The position numbers and the translations under genes are program-made. This document shows positions 27,265 through 38,502 of a stretch of 64,000 nt of DNA, piece after piece. Origin of the DNA: Zootoca vivipara (Eukaryota); the NCBI RefSeq assembly GCF_963506605.1, contig NC_083280.1, positions 36,270,001 through 36,334,000 of the forward strand, in the 5' to 3' direction. The notes beneath the pieces are model-generated. The model was not told the origin of the DNA and searched no databases. It worked only from the letters and a program-made list of their open reading frames with translations. Within the stretch, counting starts at the first letter, position 1. Each line of letters opens with the position of its first letter.

Positions 27265-27933
27265 ACCATCTGTTGAACATAGGGGGCATATGCCATGATT
27301 TATTGACCCACATTGTGAATGTCGGCTACGTGCTGGATCTCTTGAGCTTTTTTTTATCTACCAGGTGCTCTTTAGTTCTCTGGTTCTTCTTTGAACCTCA
27401 GCCTTAGCGTTGGCATAGGGTTTTTCCTTAGTGGTGCAATTTCTATCTCTTTGCCAGATCTGAAAGGCCTTCCTTTTTGTCAATAATGTGTTCAATCTCA
27501 CTTTCATTCTCATCAAACCAGTCCTGGTGTTTCTTGGTTTGGTATCCAATAGTTTGTTCACAGGCTGCAATAATGGATGTTTTTAGTCCAGTGTTCCTAG
27601 ATGTTATCAGGGAACTCCAAAAGCAGCTGGTCCTTAAGAGTCGTTTGGAAGCAATCCCACTTTAATAGGAGCTTGAAGGGCTTCATTTTGCGCCTTGTTT
27701 CCTTCCTTGGTATAATATTGATAGCCATCGTGGAACGTATTAATCAGTGATCTGTCCAGCAGTCATCAGCACTCGTCTTAGCTCTGGTAAGGAGCACATC
27801 GCGGCGATCTTTAGACAATTACATAGTCTAAGAGATGCCAGTGGTTCAACCGAGGGTGCCTCCATGATGTTTTAAATTTATTTATTTTGTTGAAAGTGTG
27901 TTGGTAATAACAAGGTTGTGCGCTGCACATATA

Positions 27934-29661
27934 CCGTGTTTCCCCCTTTTTAAGACACCGTCTTATAACTTTTTTTCCTCAAAAAAAACCACGGTGTCTT
28001 ATTTTCAGGGGATGTCTTAAGGCTTGGTGCTCTGTGCAATCACACATGACACTTTCTGGCACATGCAGATACAGATCAGCTGTAGCGCTGAAATCAGCTG
28101 TTCCTGGTTCAGGTGTAGCGCGCGCCCAGCGAAGTCAGCCCTGAGAAGGGAAAATGGCATTTAAAAATGCCATTTGAAGTGATTTTAGCCTGTCGCCCAG
28201 AACCGGCTGCTGCAGCGCGGAGCGCCCAGCAGCGCCCGGGGGGAGCGCCCAGCAACACGGACAGAGCGCTCAGCAGCACCAGGAGGAGCGTCCCACCGTG
28301 CCAGGCGGCGGGGTGGCAGGCCACCTTGGCATGGCGAGGAAGAGACGAGGCCGCTGGCTCGGGCGCTCCTGAGTCCTGACCCCAGCCGCTTCTACGCGGC
28401 AGCAGCAAAAGAGCCATGCGGCCACATGGAGAGGCTAGCGCCCGAGCGGGAGACGCGATCTCTGCAAAGCTCTGCACTCACTTCATCCGCCCGACGGGAA
28501 AGCGAAGTGGGGAAGAGAAAAAGAGAAAAAACCGAAGCGGCTCTTTTTCTCTTCCCCACTTCACTTTCCCGTCGGGCGGATGAAGTGAGTGCAGAGCTTT
28601 GCAGAGATCGCGTCTCCCGCTCGGCCACATGGAGAGGCGAGCGCCTGAGCGGGAGACGCGCTCTCTGCAAAGCTCTGCACTCACTTCATCCGCCCGACGG
28701 GAAAGCGAAGTGGGGAAGAGAAAAAGAGCCGCTTCGGTTTTTTCTCTTTTTCTCTTCCCCACTTCGCTTTCCCGTCGGGCGGATGAAGTGAGTGCAGAGC
28801 TTTGCAGAGATCGCGTCTCCCGCTCGGCCACATGGAGAGGCGAGCGCCTGAGCGGGAGACGCGCTCTCTGCAAAGCTCTGCACTCACTTCATCCGCCCGA
28901 CGGGAAAGCGAAGTGGGGAAGAGAAAAAGAGAAAAAACCGAAGCGGCTCTTTTTCTCTTCCCCACTTCGCTTTCCCGTCGGGCGGATGAAGTGAGTGCAG
29001 AGCTTTGCAGAGAGCGCGTCTCCCGCTCAGGCGCTCGCCTCTCCATGTGGCCGAGCGGGAGACGCGATCTCTGCAAAGCTCTGCACTCACTTCATCCGCC
29101 CGACGGGAAAGCGAAGTGGGGAAGAGAAAAAGAGCCGCTTCGGTTTTTTCTCTTTTTCTCTTCCCCACTTCGCTTTCCCGTCGGGCGGATGAAGTGAGTG
29201 CAGAGCTTTGCAGAGAGCGCGTCTCCCGCTCGGGCGCTCGCCTCTCCATGTGGCCGCACGTCTCTTTTGCTGCTGCCGCGTAGAAGCGGCTGGGGTCAGG
29301 ACTCAGGAGCGCCCGAGCCAGCGGCCTCGTCTCTTCCTCGCCATGCCAAGGAGGCCTGCCACCCCGCCGCCTGGCACGGTGGGACGCTCCTCCTGGTGCT
29401 GCTGAGCGCTCCGTCCGTGTTGCTGGGCGCTCCGCCCGGCGCTGCTGCGCGCTGCAGCAGCCGGTTCCAGGCGGCGGGGAGGCAAGCTGAAATCACTTCA
29501 AACGGCGTTTTTAAACGCCATTTTACCTCCTGGTTCCAGGCCCCCAGTTGGCAGGCATGGGGGTATGTCTTATTTTCAGGGTATGTCTTATATTTCTCAA
29601 ATGCTTAAAATTGTTGCCCTGGCTTACTTTTTGACTACGTATTAAAAAAGGGGAAACACGG
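27934..29661. mobile_element. Non-autonomous Tc1/mariner (Tc2-like, CCGT termini) element with palindromic cargo
   Basis: TA|CCGTGTTTCCCC...GGGGAAACACGG|TA with subterminal GTCTTATTTTC repeats. Removing it plus one TA restores the host RTE reading frame. Confidence 0.88.
28151..29524. repeat. 1.37-kb nested palindrome: 270-bp outer arms enclosing eight alternating 84-bp arms (203-bp period)
   Basis: L-Y-A X A'-Y-A X' A'-Y-A X A'-Y'-A X' A'-Y'-L', read directly from the sequence; centre at 28837/28838. Confidence 0.95.
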
Positions 29662-32600
29662 TAGTCAAAAATAAGATTCCATTCTGGTTGTTGTTGCCAA
29701 TTCCTTCTTCCCAATAGTCCCAGGCCACAGATCAAAATCTCGCCCAACTCTTGCATTAAAATCACCCAGGAGGAAAATTTTATCCTCCTTAGATGTCTCT
29801 GATAGGATGGCACCCAGCTGAGAATGAAATTTTTATTTAATGTCTTTACTGGCATCCGATCTTCGAGTTTCTTGAAGCACTGCAAAATTGAAGTATTCTC
29901 TTGCAATGGTAGCAGTCCTGCGTTTGGGACGCTCATCATCTGTGTTGTCTAATGAAGTCTGTATATTCCATGTTCCAAAATTCAATTGTCTTTTATGACC
30001 ACTGGGGAGGCAGACAATATTTACTGCACCTTTTCTAGCCCCTCCCCCTTTCTGGGGTGAGCAGAGTGGATCCTAAATAGGACTGCTATGTTGTGGATAC
30101 AGCTGCCAAGCTACTCAACCGCCTCATTCCTTGAGTCAGAACGAATGAATCTGTATCCACCACCCATCTGCCGGTTCATGACTAGTGGCTTCCAGATTTC
30201 ATAGTCCTGCCTGTTACCATTTGCCGATCGCCATGAGACTTTTTGGGGGTTTGGGATCGGTTTTTGGGTGATGCCTCTGCATAATTTGTTTTATGTGTGT
30301 AGATCAGTGCACGCTGACCAACGCAGAGTCTTCGCAGTAATGCTCTATTCTGATGGCATGAGTATCACAACAACTGGTAGATTTTTATCTGCTGCAGCCT
30401 TCATCCGCCTTCACAGCCATTCTAACATACTGCTTGTTATCTTTCGCCTGTTCTGTCGTTGAGGACTTCTACGATCATTCTTTGTCTAGTTCCTCCCTTT
30501 TGACCTTACCACCTTGGGTGACCCTGCTGGGAGTACAAGACTCCCAAGAGCTTCGCTCACAAGGGTCATAGGAATGTGCAAGCCCACTCATCACGACAAG
30601 GTGATGATCCAGTGGGGTGGATTATCATTAAACAAGGTAACTGGGGTGAAGTAACTGTGAAGTAACTGGGGTGGTCAGTTCTGCTTCACTCCCATGTAGT
30701 CCAGGCAGAAATTAAAGGAGTGAGTGAATATGGCGCCTCCCATAGATAAGATGCCTCTTTGCTGGGGTGTGAGAAGGACTCCTAGCTATATTAAAATACC
30801 CCACAAACATGGGGATCATTCAGCTCAATGCACCATCTCTCCTCTTTCCATGAGCTATAAACAGTTAAACCAATCCTAGTATGCATTCCCAACAAATAAG
30901 TTCTCCTGATTTAAGAGGACATGCTTCAAAGTAAAAGAGCTTAAGATTCCTGCCACTCTCTCTAGTTTGTACTATCTAGAACTTCAGCATAGCATTAACA
31001 TACATATCAAGGTTGCAGCTGCAAAATGTATTTTCAGCTCATACATCAGTTGAAAACAGATATTAAAAAATTATATTTGTATCTAAACAGTCTTCCATTT
31101 TACACCTCTTGTGCTTTGGATCATGTATGATGAACATTCATTTAAATCTGGCCAAATTAATCTAATTAAGAATTCATCATTAGCCCTTAAACAAATAAAA
31201 CTATTTTTGTACTTTTATTATCTCAATGGACATGAGAAAGTTGATGAACAGGATTATGCATCCCAATTAAGAACTTGTCCCAAGGGACATTTTCCCTGAC
31301 AGACTGATAACAGGGGATAAATATTTTCTTGGTATATACTAAGATACATTTGTCTCCTTTTAATAGATGATATGTACTTCCTTACATTGAAAAGAAGTTA
31401 AATAGTGAACTTGACCTTTTCCTTTTACTAAAAAGGCAGAATGATTCTGTTTTCCTCTCTTTACTTAATTCTACATTCTAAATATTTTTTAAGATGTGGA
31501 ATTTAGTAAAATAATTATTCTCAGCCACAATACTTGATGTAGGCCTGATGTATTCACTACAGAATTTAACACAGCAGCAAGTAATAACACCATAATGATT
31601 TACAACTATACAATGTAGTAATATTGTAATTTTTTGCCCCAAACACAGTAAATCTGAACTTACAATAAAATAAGTTAGAAAAAGTACAGTCAATTTTATC
31701 TTTGTTATTGAACACACTTTTAGAGATATTAGTTCCCCACTCCCACAAAGGAGGCAAACAGAAAGTTTCAATTACATCAGTCTAGCCAGTAAAAAAAACC
31801 TTCCTAACAAACAATAGCTTGCTAGGATAAAGGGAATACTCAATACTATTATGGTCACTTAGGAGTTCTGACACCACATTTCAAAGGTACATTAGCTTCC
31901 CTAGGGTAAAGTTACTTTGACGTTAAGGATTCAGTAGCACAGACCAATTAAAGCAAGGTGATTTAACTTGGTGCAACAGATTATGAAAACAAAAAACAAA
32001 GAACTGCCTCTTGCAGCACCAGTTTAAACTGCTCATGTAATCTAACAAAGTTTACATGGCAATTTTATGTATATCTACTCAGAAATAAGTGCATATAGAA
32101 TTGCAGCCTTAATTTGTCAGTGAGTCCTAGAACACATAGAGGGGGATAACTTCATCTCAGGAAAAGGCTGGAAGAAGGTTGGAGAAGACTGCTAAGTGGT
32201 GGCCTAAGAGAAATTTGTAAAATTATGAACAATATATAGACAGTATTACCAGACATTCTACTCTCTCAAGATTGGTATTCAAGATCATTAAACAAACTGA
32301 CAGACAGTAAGTTCAGGACAGAAGACGGACTTCTTTAAACAGTTCACAATTAATCTATGAAATGCCTTGTCACAAGACCGTCACTAACCTTAGAAACAAT
32401 GTGTTACCACCAGCTGCCTCCCCTCATGCCCTTAAACATCCATTGCTAGGGTCCATGTTACATTAGTAGAACTGTATTTTGTTGTCTTTATTATGTGTGT
32501 TGCCTAATTCATGCAGTTACAATTTTTCTTAAATACCCAGATATAAAGTCGCCCTGTAGAAATTCTGTTTAGTAAGTATCTGATAACAATGAATACTTCT

Positions 32601-33099
32601 GTGGGATATTCTTCCTCTCACAACTGTAGAGAGTACGTATACCAAGAGTGATCCCTTCCTTATCTCATTATCAGCCTATTAAAAATGGATTTTTGCTCTA
32701 CTGCATTACTTGTGTCAATAATGACTCAACCCAGCAGCACAGAAAGCCAAAAAAGAAGGGTCAGGAGAGGAGCTTTCATCTCAGGAAATGACATGGGACG
32801 GGCATTTCTAAGCGTCAGTTCTCGTTCTTCCCTCCAAGCCCCAAGGCAACGATCAAGCCTCAACTCCCAACTCCTTCTGGAGGATGTCACACTGCGGCCC
32901 GCTTGAGCGCTCTCGTTTTCGCTCTCTGCGAAATGCATACTCGACCCCATCTTATGCCCCCCCCCCACTTCCTCCACAAAGGAATTCCCCCTCAACTCCC
33001 CGAGGCACATCGTACTTGCCCTTACCCGTGGTAAAGCACAGCCCCGGGATCCTATTTCGGCTCCCTCCACACAACCCCATTTTCCACACGGGAACCGCC

Positions 33100-33760
33100 A
33101 CCCCCTCCCCGCACCCCCTCCCCGCTCCCTCTGGGTCTCTCTCTCATCTCTGCCTCCCGCCAACTCCGTCACAGACGTCGCCCTCCTCTCCTCTCCTCCC
33201 CCGACCTCAAGCAAAGCCCCTCTTCCCCCAGCCTTACACCCCGCCCCATAGCAGAAACGGCTCCAGCCCTCGTTTAAGCTTATTCCGGGTTTTCGCGCGC
33301 CTCACCCGTGATGGCGGTGAATTGCTGGATTAACCCCTTCAACACTGAGGCGGCAGCGGAGCCCCCGGGCGCCGCCATCTTGCCGCCTCTACCGCCGAAC
33401 AACAACACCCGCCACCTGCCGGCTGCAGTGCGCAGGCGCAGAACCACCGCACCCCAGTCTCCCCTTGCTCGCTTTCAACTTCAATAGTCAAGCTTTATTG
33501 GGAGCGCGACGCTGTAAGACACAGGGAAGAGGAAGAGGGGTTCTGTGCGCCGGTGCTCGCGCTCCTGCCGTCCGCCCCCAACAGATGGCATCCCAGTCGC
33601 CGATTGACGCCTTCTAGCGGCCGGCGGATTGCATTGCCCCCTAAACTGGCGGCGGAAGCTACTGGGAAATAAAGTGGAAACCGAGGAAGTGGCAGCGCAG
33701 TTCTCCCGCGGGACTCGGGGAAGGAAGAAGGTGCTTCGTGGCAGCTCACGCCTGTTGCCA
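33100..33760. promoter_or_regulatory. UBXN7 CpG-island promoter
   Basis: CpG-dense. NRF1-like TGCGCAGGCGCA at 33429-33440 and YY1-like GCCGCCATCTT overlapping the start codon. Confidence 0.8.
33306..33378 (-). CDS. UBXN7: UBX domain protein 7, coding exon 1 of 11
   Basis: aagATGGCGGCG start in a CpG island. Encodes MAAPGGSAAASVLKGLIQQFTAITG, 73 nt, gtgagg donor. The 11 exons join to 1467 nt = 488 aa + stop with UBA-UAS-UIM-UBX architecture. Confidence 0.95.
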
Positions 33761-33890
33761 TTCCTGGGTTGTCATTATTGACACAAGTAATGCATATAGT
33801 TTTAGGTAAGGTAAAGGTCTAGGACGGTATATTAACAACAACAACAACAACAACACCGTCAGGTGTAGTGGCGAAGTCCTGCTTCCCAGG

Positions 33891-34004
33891 CATGGGCGTA
33901 GCCAAAGGGGGCAGGGAGGGGCAGCTGCCCCCCAATTCAATAAAAACACATAGCTAGCTGAGGTTCTCTCCCGCCCCCCAAACAAAATCCTCGCTATGCC
34001 CATG
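33891..34004. mobile_element. Short MITE-like element
   Basis: Termini catgggcgtagcc ... cgctatgcccatg are imperfect inverted repeats; no clear TSD. Confidence 0.5.
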
Positions 34005-34114
34005 CCATGTTCGCTGAGGTAGATATTGGAAGCACTGCTGCATGGAACTTCCATGCAGGGTTAATTCAGTACAGCTGGTGCAGAATTTGGCGGCCAGGTT
34101 GCTCACTGGGGCAA

Positions 34115-34360
34115 GACAGTTTGAGCATCTAAAGTGCAATAAGATAAATAGGTACTGCTGAGGCGGGAATGTAAACAGCGTTTCCATGCGGTCCATCACG
34201 GTCCTCCATGTGTCAGTAGTTTAGTCATGCTGGGCACATGACCCGGAAAGCTGTCTGTGGACAAACGCTGGCTCCCTCGGCCTGAAAAGTGAAATGAGTG
34301 CCGCACCCCATAGTCGCCTTTGACTGTACTTAACTGTCCAGGGGTTCCCTTACCTTTACC
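34115..34360 (+). mobile_element. Sauria SINE, 5'-truncated
   Basis: Body and ccctttacctttacc tail match the other copies. Confidence 0.8.
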
Positions 34361-34439
34361 TCACCTAAAAATACTTAAAATACGCGCCTCCCCACCCCCC
34401 TGCATATTAACTAGCCTGGACCCTGTGATCATCAGCAGA

Positions 34440-34740
34440 GGCCCTTCTTCAGAGGCAATGCAAGAACAGGCCATTTCTTTGGTGGCTCCTCACTTGTGGA
34501 ATGCTCTCCCCCAGGAGGCTCACCTGGCACCTTCATTACTTATCTTTTGATGCCAGGCGAAAACATTTCTCTGTAACTAGGCCTTTTAAAATGTATTTAT
34601 GGGAGTGGGGTTTATTGGTTTGTTTTTTGGGGGGGTTGTTACGCATTTTCTGCTCTCATTTTGTATTTTTATGTTGTGAACTGCCCTGTCATCTTCAGAT
34701 GAAAGGTGGTATACAAATCTAATAAATAATAATTATAATA
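34440..34740 (+). mobile_element. L2 LINE 3' end, old
   Basis: gtggctcctcacttgtggaatgctctccc...tgtgaactgccctg...(taa)n tail. Confidence 0.6.
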
Positions 34741-37478
34741 AAGAATGGGCTTCATGGAAAGTAATGCACAGCTACAGAAAGTAGTGGGGCTGACATGAGC
34801 TGCCTTCGAGTGGAGTCCCCATGGCACTACCTTGAAGACAAGCCAGACACACCCTCTCCTGGTGGACCACATAAGCACTGTCGTGTCCAGCTGAGCTAGG
34901 TAGAACATCTAGAATGGAAATGATAGCAATCATTTTTGTATATCGCTTTCATGCAGTATCTGTTCTAGTATCAGTGAAGTACTTGAGTAAATGTATACGT
35001 TTGCTCCTCCTCCTGCTGGACTTGTACTTCTACATTTTTTACAATTATCGTATAAGCCATGGACAGCCAACGTGGTGCCCTCCAGATGCTGTTGGACTAA
35101 ACTCCCAGCATCCCTGACTACTGGTCACCATGACCGGGGCTGATGGGAATTGTAGTCCAACTTCTGGTTACCACTGCTGTATAGGCATCATCATATAAGG
35201 CAAGTCAGTATTTCCCACATTGCAAAAAGGACTGGTGCTTAAAGTAGTTAACTTAAGGCTATCTAGTTGATTCGTGAAGTGAGTTTTGAAGCAGGGTCAG
35301 GTCAATTTGATTCCTAGTTTAGGTTGCAATCCTAATCCATGACTGGAAGAAGTGGGAGTATGATGGAGCAGCACATCCAGCTGTGCTTGCACTAACCAGG
35401 GTAAAAGGTAGAAGTAGCAGGGAAATGGAAGGTCTTGCATGGACTCTGGAGGCCTTTGTGAGATTTTGGACAGTCCCGCAAGATCTTGTGAGACCTTCCC
35501 AGAGGCCAGTCAGAGAGCTTAAAAGGTCTTTCTGCACAGAAGAAACCCAGTGTGCAATCTGTACAATTGAGTTCTGACTGGCCACCAAGCGCATAAAGCT
35601 GTGATTGTGCAAGTTAAATGTATGCAAATTGCAAGTAAACTATGTTTCTGATGTGGAAGTGAGTTCTGTTGCTTTTATAGCCAAAACTGCACAATCCATG
35701 CACAAAATGGCGGTATCAGCATGTGGCTCTGAGGTTTGAAAATCTTAAGAGGGAAGAACCCCCCCCCCCAAATAGTCTAATGAGTACCAAACATGTTCAG
35801 TGGTCACAGAATACTGTTGATGGAAAATGGAAAAATGGGTGTGTAGGACTATCAAAAAGGGTATCATGAATTTTTAAAAAACCTATAAATAACAATTAGA
35901 ATGTCATTGAAGAGGGTATGGCTGACTGGAAAACTGAGCAGGAACACTCAACAGTTCTAATTCAGTATGATAAAATGATTAAATGCTTATAAAAAATGGT
36001 AGGCAGACCACCACGATCTCTCTGAAATGTGCAAAATTTGTTTTTAAAGTGAATTTAATCAATTAGAACTAAAGAGAGTTATTTTTAAAGTTTTCTATAA
36101 AGTGTACCTCAATCCAGTTGAATATATACAATATTGGATGTAAGTTGGCAGTGCTTCAAATTAAGAGCAAACAACTACAGGGGAATCCCCACTTATGCAG
36201 CAGTTCCATTCTGCATGCAAACAGGGATTTCCCTGTTCACCCAGCCCCCAGTACCATTTTTGGTGTGCATGTCAGTGAGAGCGTGTGTGCTGATTGTGTA
36301 CAATTGGGGAGTTGCCTGTAAATGTGATGGAGCTGCTGTACTATTCAAACAGTCTGAAATAATATGTTTGTGGAAGGAAGGAGACTGTCCAATTGTATCT
36401 TAATATTTACTACCCAGATGACCTTAACTTCTGATTAATATACTATGTGCAGCAAATATTCCAAAAAAGGAGAAAATAACTGAGAAGTCTTCTACATAAC
36501 ATTGGCTACGAAATTTTTTGAAGTAATCTTCATTTCATCAAACTAACTCTGAGGTTCAGGGAGGGGTCTTTAAGTTTCATTTTTATCAGAGCTGTAACTA
36601 GTTTACAGATTGTAAGACATTATAAAAATATTGCTCATGAGATGGTTATTATGAAATTTAGAATATGAACATAATATTCATTTATATACAGCATATTGTG
36701 GAGATTATTTAATGTCACCATGTTTTTTATGGGAAATGTATTTATTACTGTAAAAATATGAATTATTAACAAAAACAAAACATATGCACAAGCTCCATCT
36801 TCAGACATTACTTGAATATATTTTAAGATCCCCTACTGAACTGTGGAAATTCATTCAAGATAGGATAGTTTTCTCATGAAGCTTGAAAGCCATTTTAATG
36901 GATTATGTTCTAATCTAATAATTCCAAGAAATAGAAAAAACACTTGGAAAAAAATAGGAATTCTTAAGTTCAGGGCAGATATATATAGGGGAGATGTGAA
37001 GGATGACATCTGGGTCATTTACTATGTGTTCCAACAATAAAAGTGTAAGTCTGAATCAACAACATCAACAGTGTCAAGGTTATACTGACCCATCAAACTG
37101 AGTGATGTCTCAGTTCAAGCCAGGTTTACATATCTTTTCAAATTTTCTTACTATTGTTGTGGTAAGGAACTGGGAGGGTGTAATAGGAAACTGGTTTGAT
37201 TACACAATGAACACTACATGAGCTGTAGTGCATGATGGTTTTAAACAAACATCTCTCTTGACATTCAGAGCAACCTGTTACCGTGCATGTGTTAAAGAAC
37301 TGAATTGCAACAAGTAAAAGCAAGTGGGCATACAGCAGGGACTACTGGTTCCCAATCAAGTTTCACATTAATTCTGAGAGCACTTGATCCCTGAAGAAAT
37401 AATTCTTTGACTCGGTCAGCTTTTCAACAGTGCCCCTTCATTAACTCCAATCAATGTCATGAAAGTACTACTGTTCAT

Positions 37479-38183
37479 CTAGTTTGTTGCAGGCCTCTTA
37501 AACATCTGAAGAATTGTTGTTTGCTTGCTTGAAAGCACTTCTGCATCTTTTGAGTTAGAGCTGTTGACACAATTCAAAACATTTCCTCCTTTTACAGAAG
37601 GTGACTTTGCCTGGAGCTGGTTAGAGGGTTTCCAGTTCTCATTGTGGGAGTTTCTGTGTAGTTTTCGTTTATCTGTTTCAAGTGGGCTGTTTGAAGACTT
37701 TGAGTTCTTTGAAAGCCTGCTCCGTTTCCTTGCAACTGGAGATTCTTTTACTGACTGAGATGTTGTAGGACGCAAATGGTATTCATCTGGAGACCCTTTT
37801 TGGCGATTTAGCATGTTCTGCTCTTTGTACATTTCCCTCTGAAGCTTCAGAGCCAGACGTCTATCCTCTTCTTCTTGCTTTTGCCTTTCATAAAACTGCT
37901 GCTCCAAACTTATCTGCCTTTCTATATCATCCATCTCTTCTTCATCATCAGTTTGTGAGAAAATTCTTTTCCTTTTATCATTTAAGTATGAATCAGCTGC
38001 TGCTTCAGGGAAGGATTCTTGAGATGTTCTCAACTGCATGTCTGTTGTAAAACTCTCATTTTTATAGTCATAACCATCCGCACCTCTCTTTGCCTCCCTG
38101 ATTGCCTGTGGAGATAGTGTGGGCATTTCATTTTCTCTTCCCTTTTCTCTTGATGTACAGATGTTTTTAGTGTTGCTGCTCTC
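37479..38183 (-). CDS. RNF168: RNF168 coding exon 6 (MIU2, LR motif, C-terminal motif)
   Basis: ttccag acceptor; MPTLSPQ, QEEEDRRLALKLQREM, RQKGSPDEYHLR, QTTILQMFKR; TAG stop. Confidence 0.93.
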   Translation of the reverse strand, partial: ESSNTKNICTSREKGRENEMPTLSPQAIREAKRGADGYDYKNESFTTDMQLRTSQESFPEAAADSYLNDKRKRIFSQTDDEEEMDDIERQISLEQQFYERQKQEEEDRRLALKLQREMYKEQNMLNRQKGSPDEYHLRPTTSQSVKESPVARKRSRLSKNSKSSNSPLETDKRKLHRNSHNENWKPSNQLQAKSPSVKGGNVLNCVNSSNSKDAEVLSSKQTTILQMFKRPATN

Positions 38184-38414
38184 CTGGAAGAAAGAAATGT
38201 GCAAATTATAGCTGTCAAATACAGTTCACTATTCCCAAAAGATTTTGCATGCACTCATGTTATAAATATGAAAAAGAAATGGCATTCATATTAGCAATAC
38301 AGAGTACTGTATGGAAATATATGGGATATTAAAATTCACATAGATATCACATGTATTTATATGAGAATGCTGAAATCTTTATATGCCACAGGAATCGAGA
38401 TATGTATACATTAC

Positions 38415-38502
38415 CTCAGAAAAGGAGCCAGAGTGTTCTTCTTGCAATTTTTTTAAACACCTCATTGGAGGCAAGGAATTAAAGGGCTTTGGAGACAAAT
38501 AC
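38415..38502 (-). CDS. RNF168: RNF168 coding exon 5
   Basis: ttttcccttaag/gtaatg; YLSPKPFNSLPPMRCLKKLQEEHSGSFSE; 88 nt. Restores phase, and the junction gives DIKKYLSPK like mammalian DIQKYLTPK. Confidence 0.8.

Larger units (their letters stand above)
25611..30612 (-). mobile_element. Old RTE-clade LINE (5' UTR, endonuclease, start of RT), interrupted by two younger insertions
   Basis: Degenerate frames: NFGTWNI near 29980, GILFLT|ICAAHNLVITNTL across the MITE, HPRLNHWHLLDYVIV and DCWTDH near 27750-27860, NKASGPDGIPAEVFK at 25932-26117. Host segments are 25611-26281, 27265-27933 and 29662-30612. Confidence 0.85.

Noticed and set aside
28422-29253. CRISPR-like repeat-spacer appearance
   Set aside because: Eukaryotic locus; repeats alternate in orientation, spacers are only two recurring sequences, and there are no cas genes.
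28151-29524. Sequencing fold-back or chimeric-read artefact as the explanation for the palindrome
   Set aside because: The outer arms differ by CpG-type substitutions and indels, the structure is bounded by TIRs and a TA TSD, and the host frame rejoins precisely. It is not fully excluded without raw reads.
28109-29608. Cluster of 92-136 aa near-identical ORFs on both strands (MQRSRLPL...ERETRSLQSSALTSSARRESEVGKRK)
   Set aside because: A by-product of a GC-rich palindromic repeat. There is no recognisable domain, no splice context, and mirror-image ORFs appear on both strands.
38415-38460. Shorter 46-nt version of RNF168 exon 5
   Set aside because: It uses a weak GAG acceptor. The 88-nt version has a better pyrimidine tract and supplies the conserved YLSPK.
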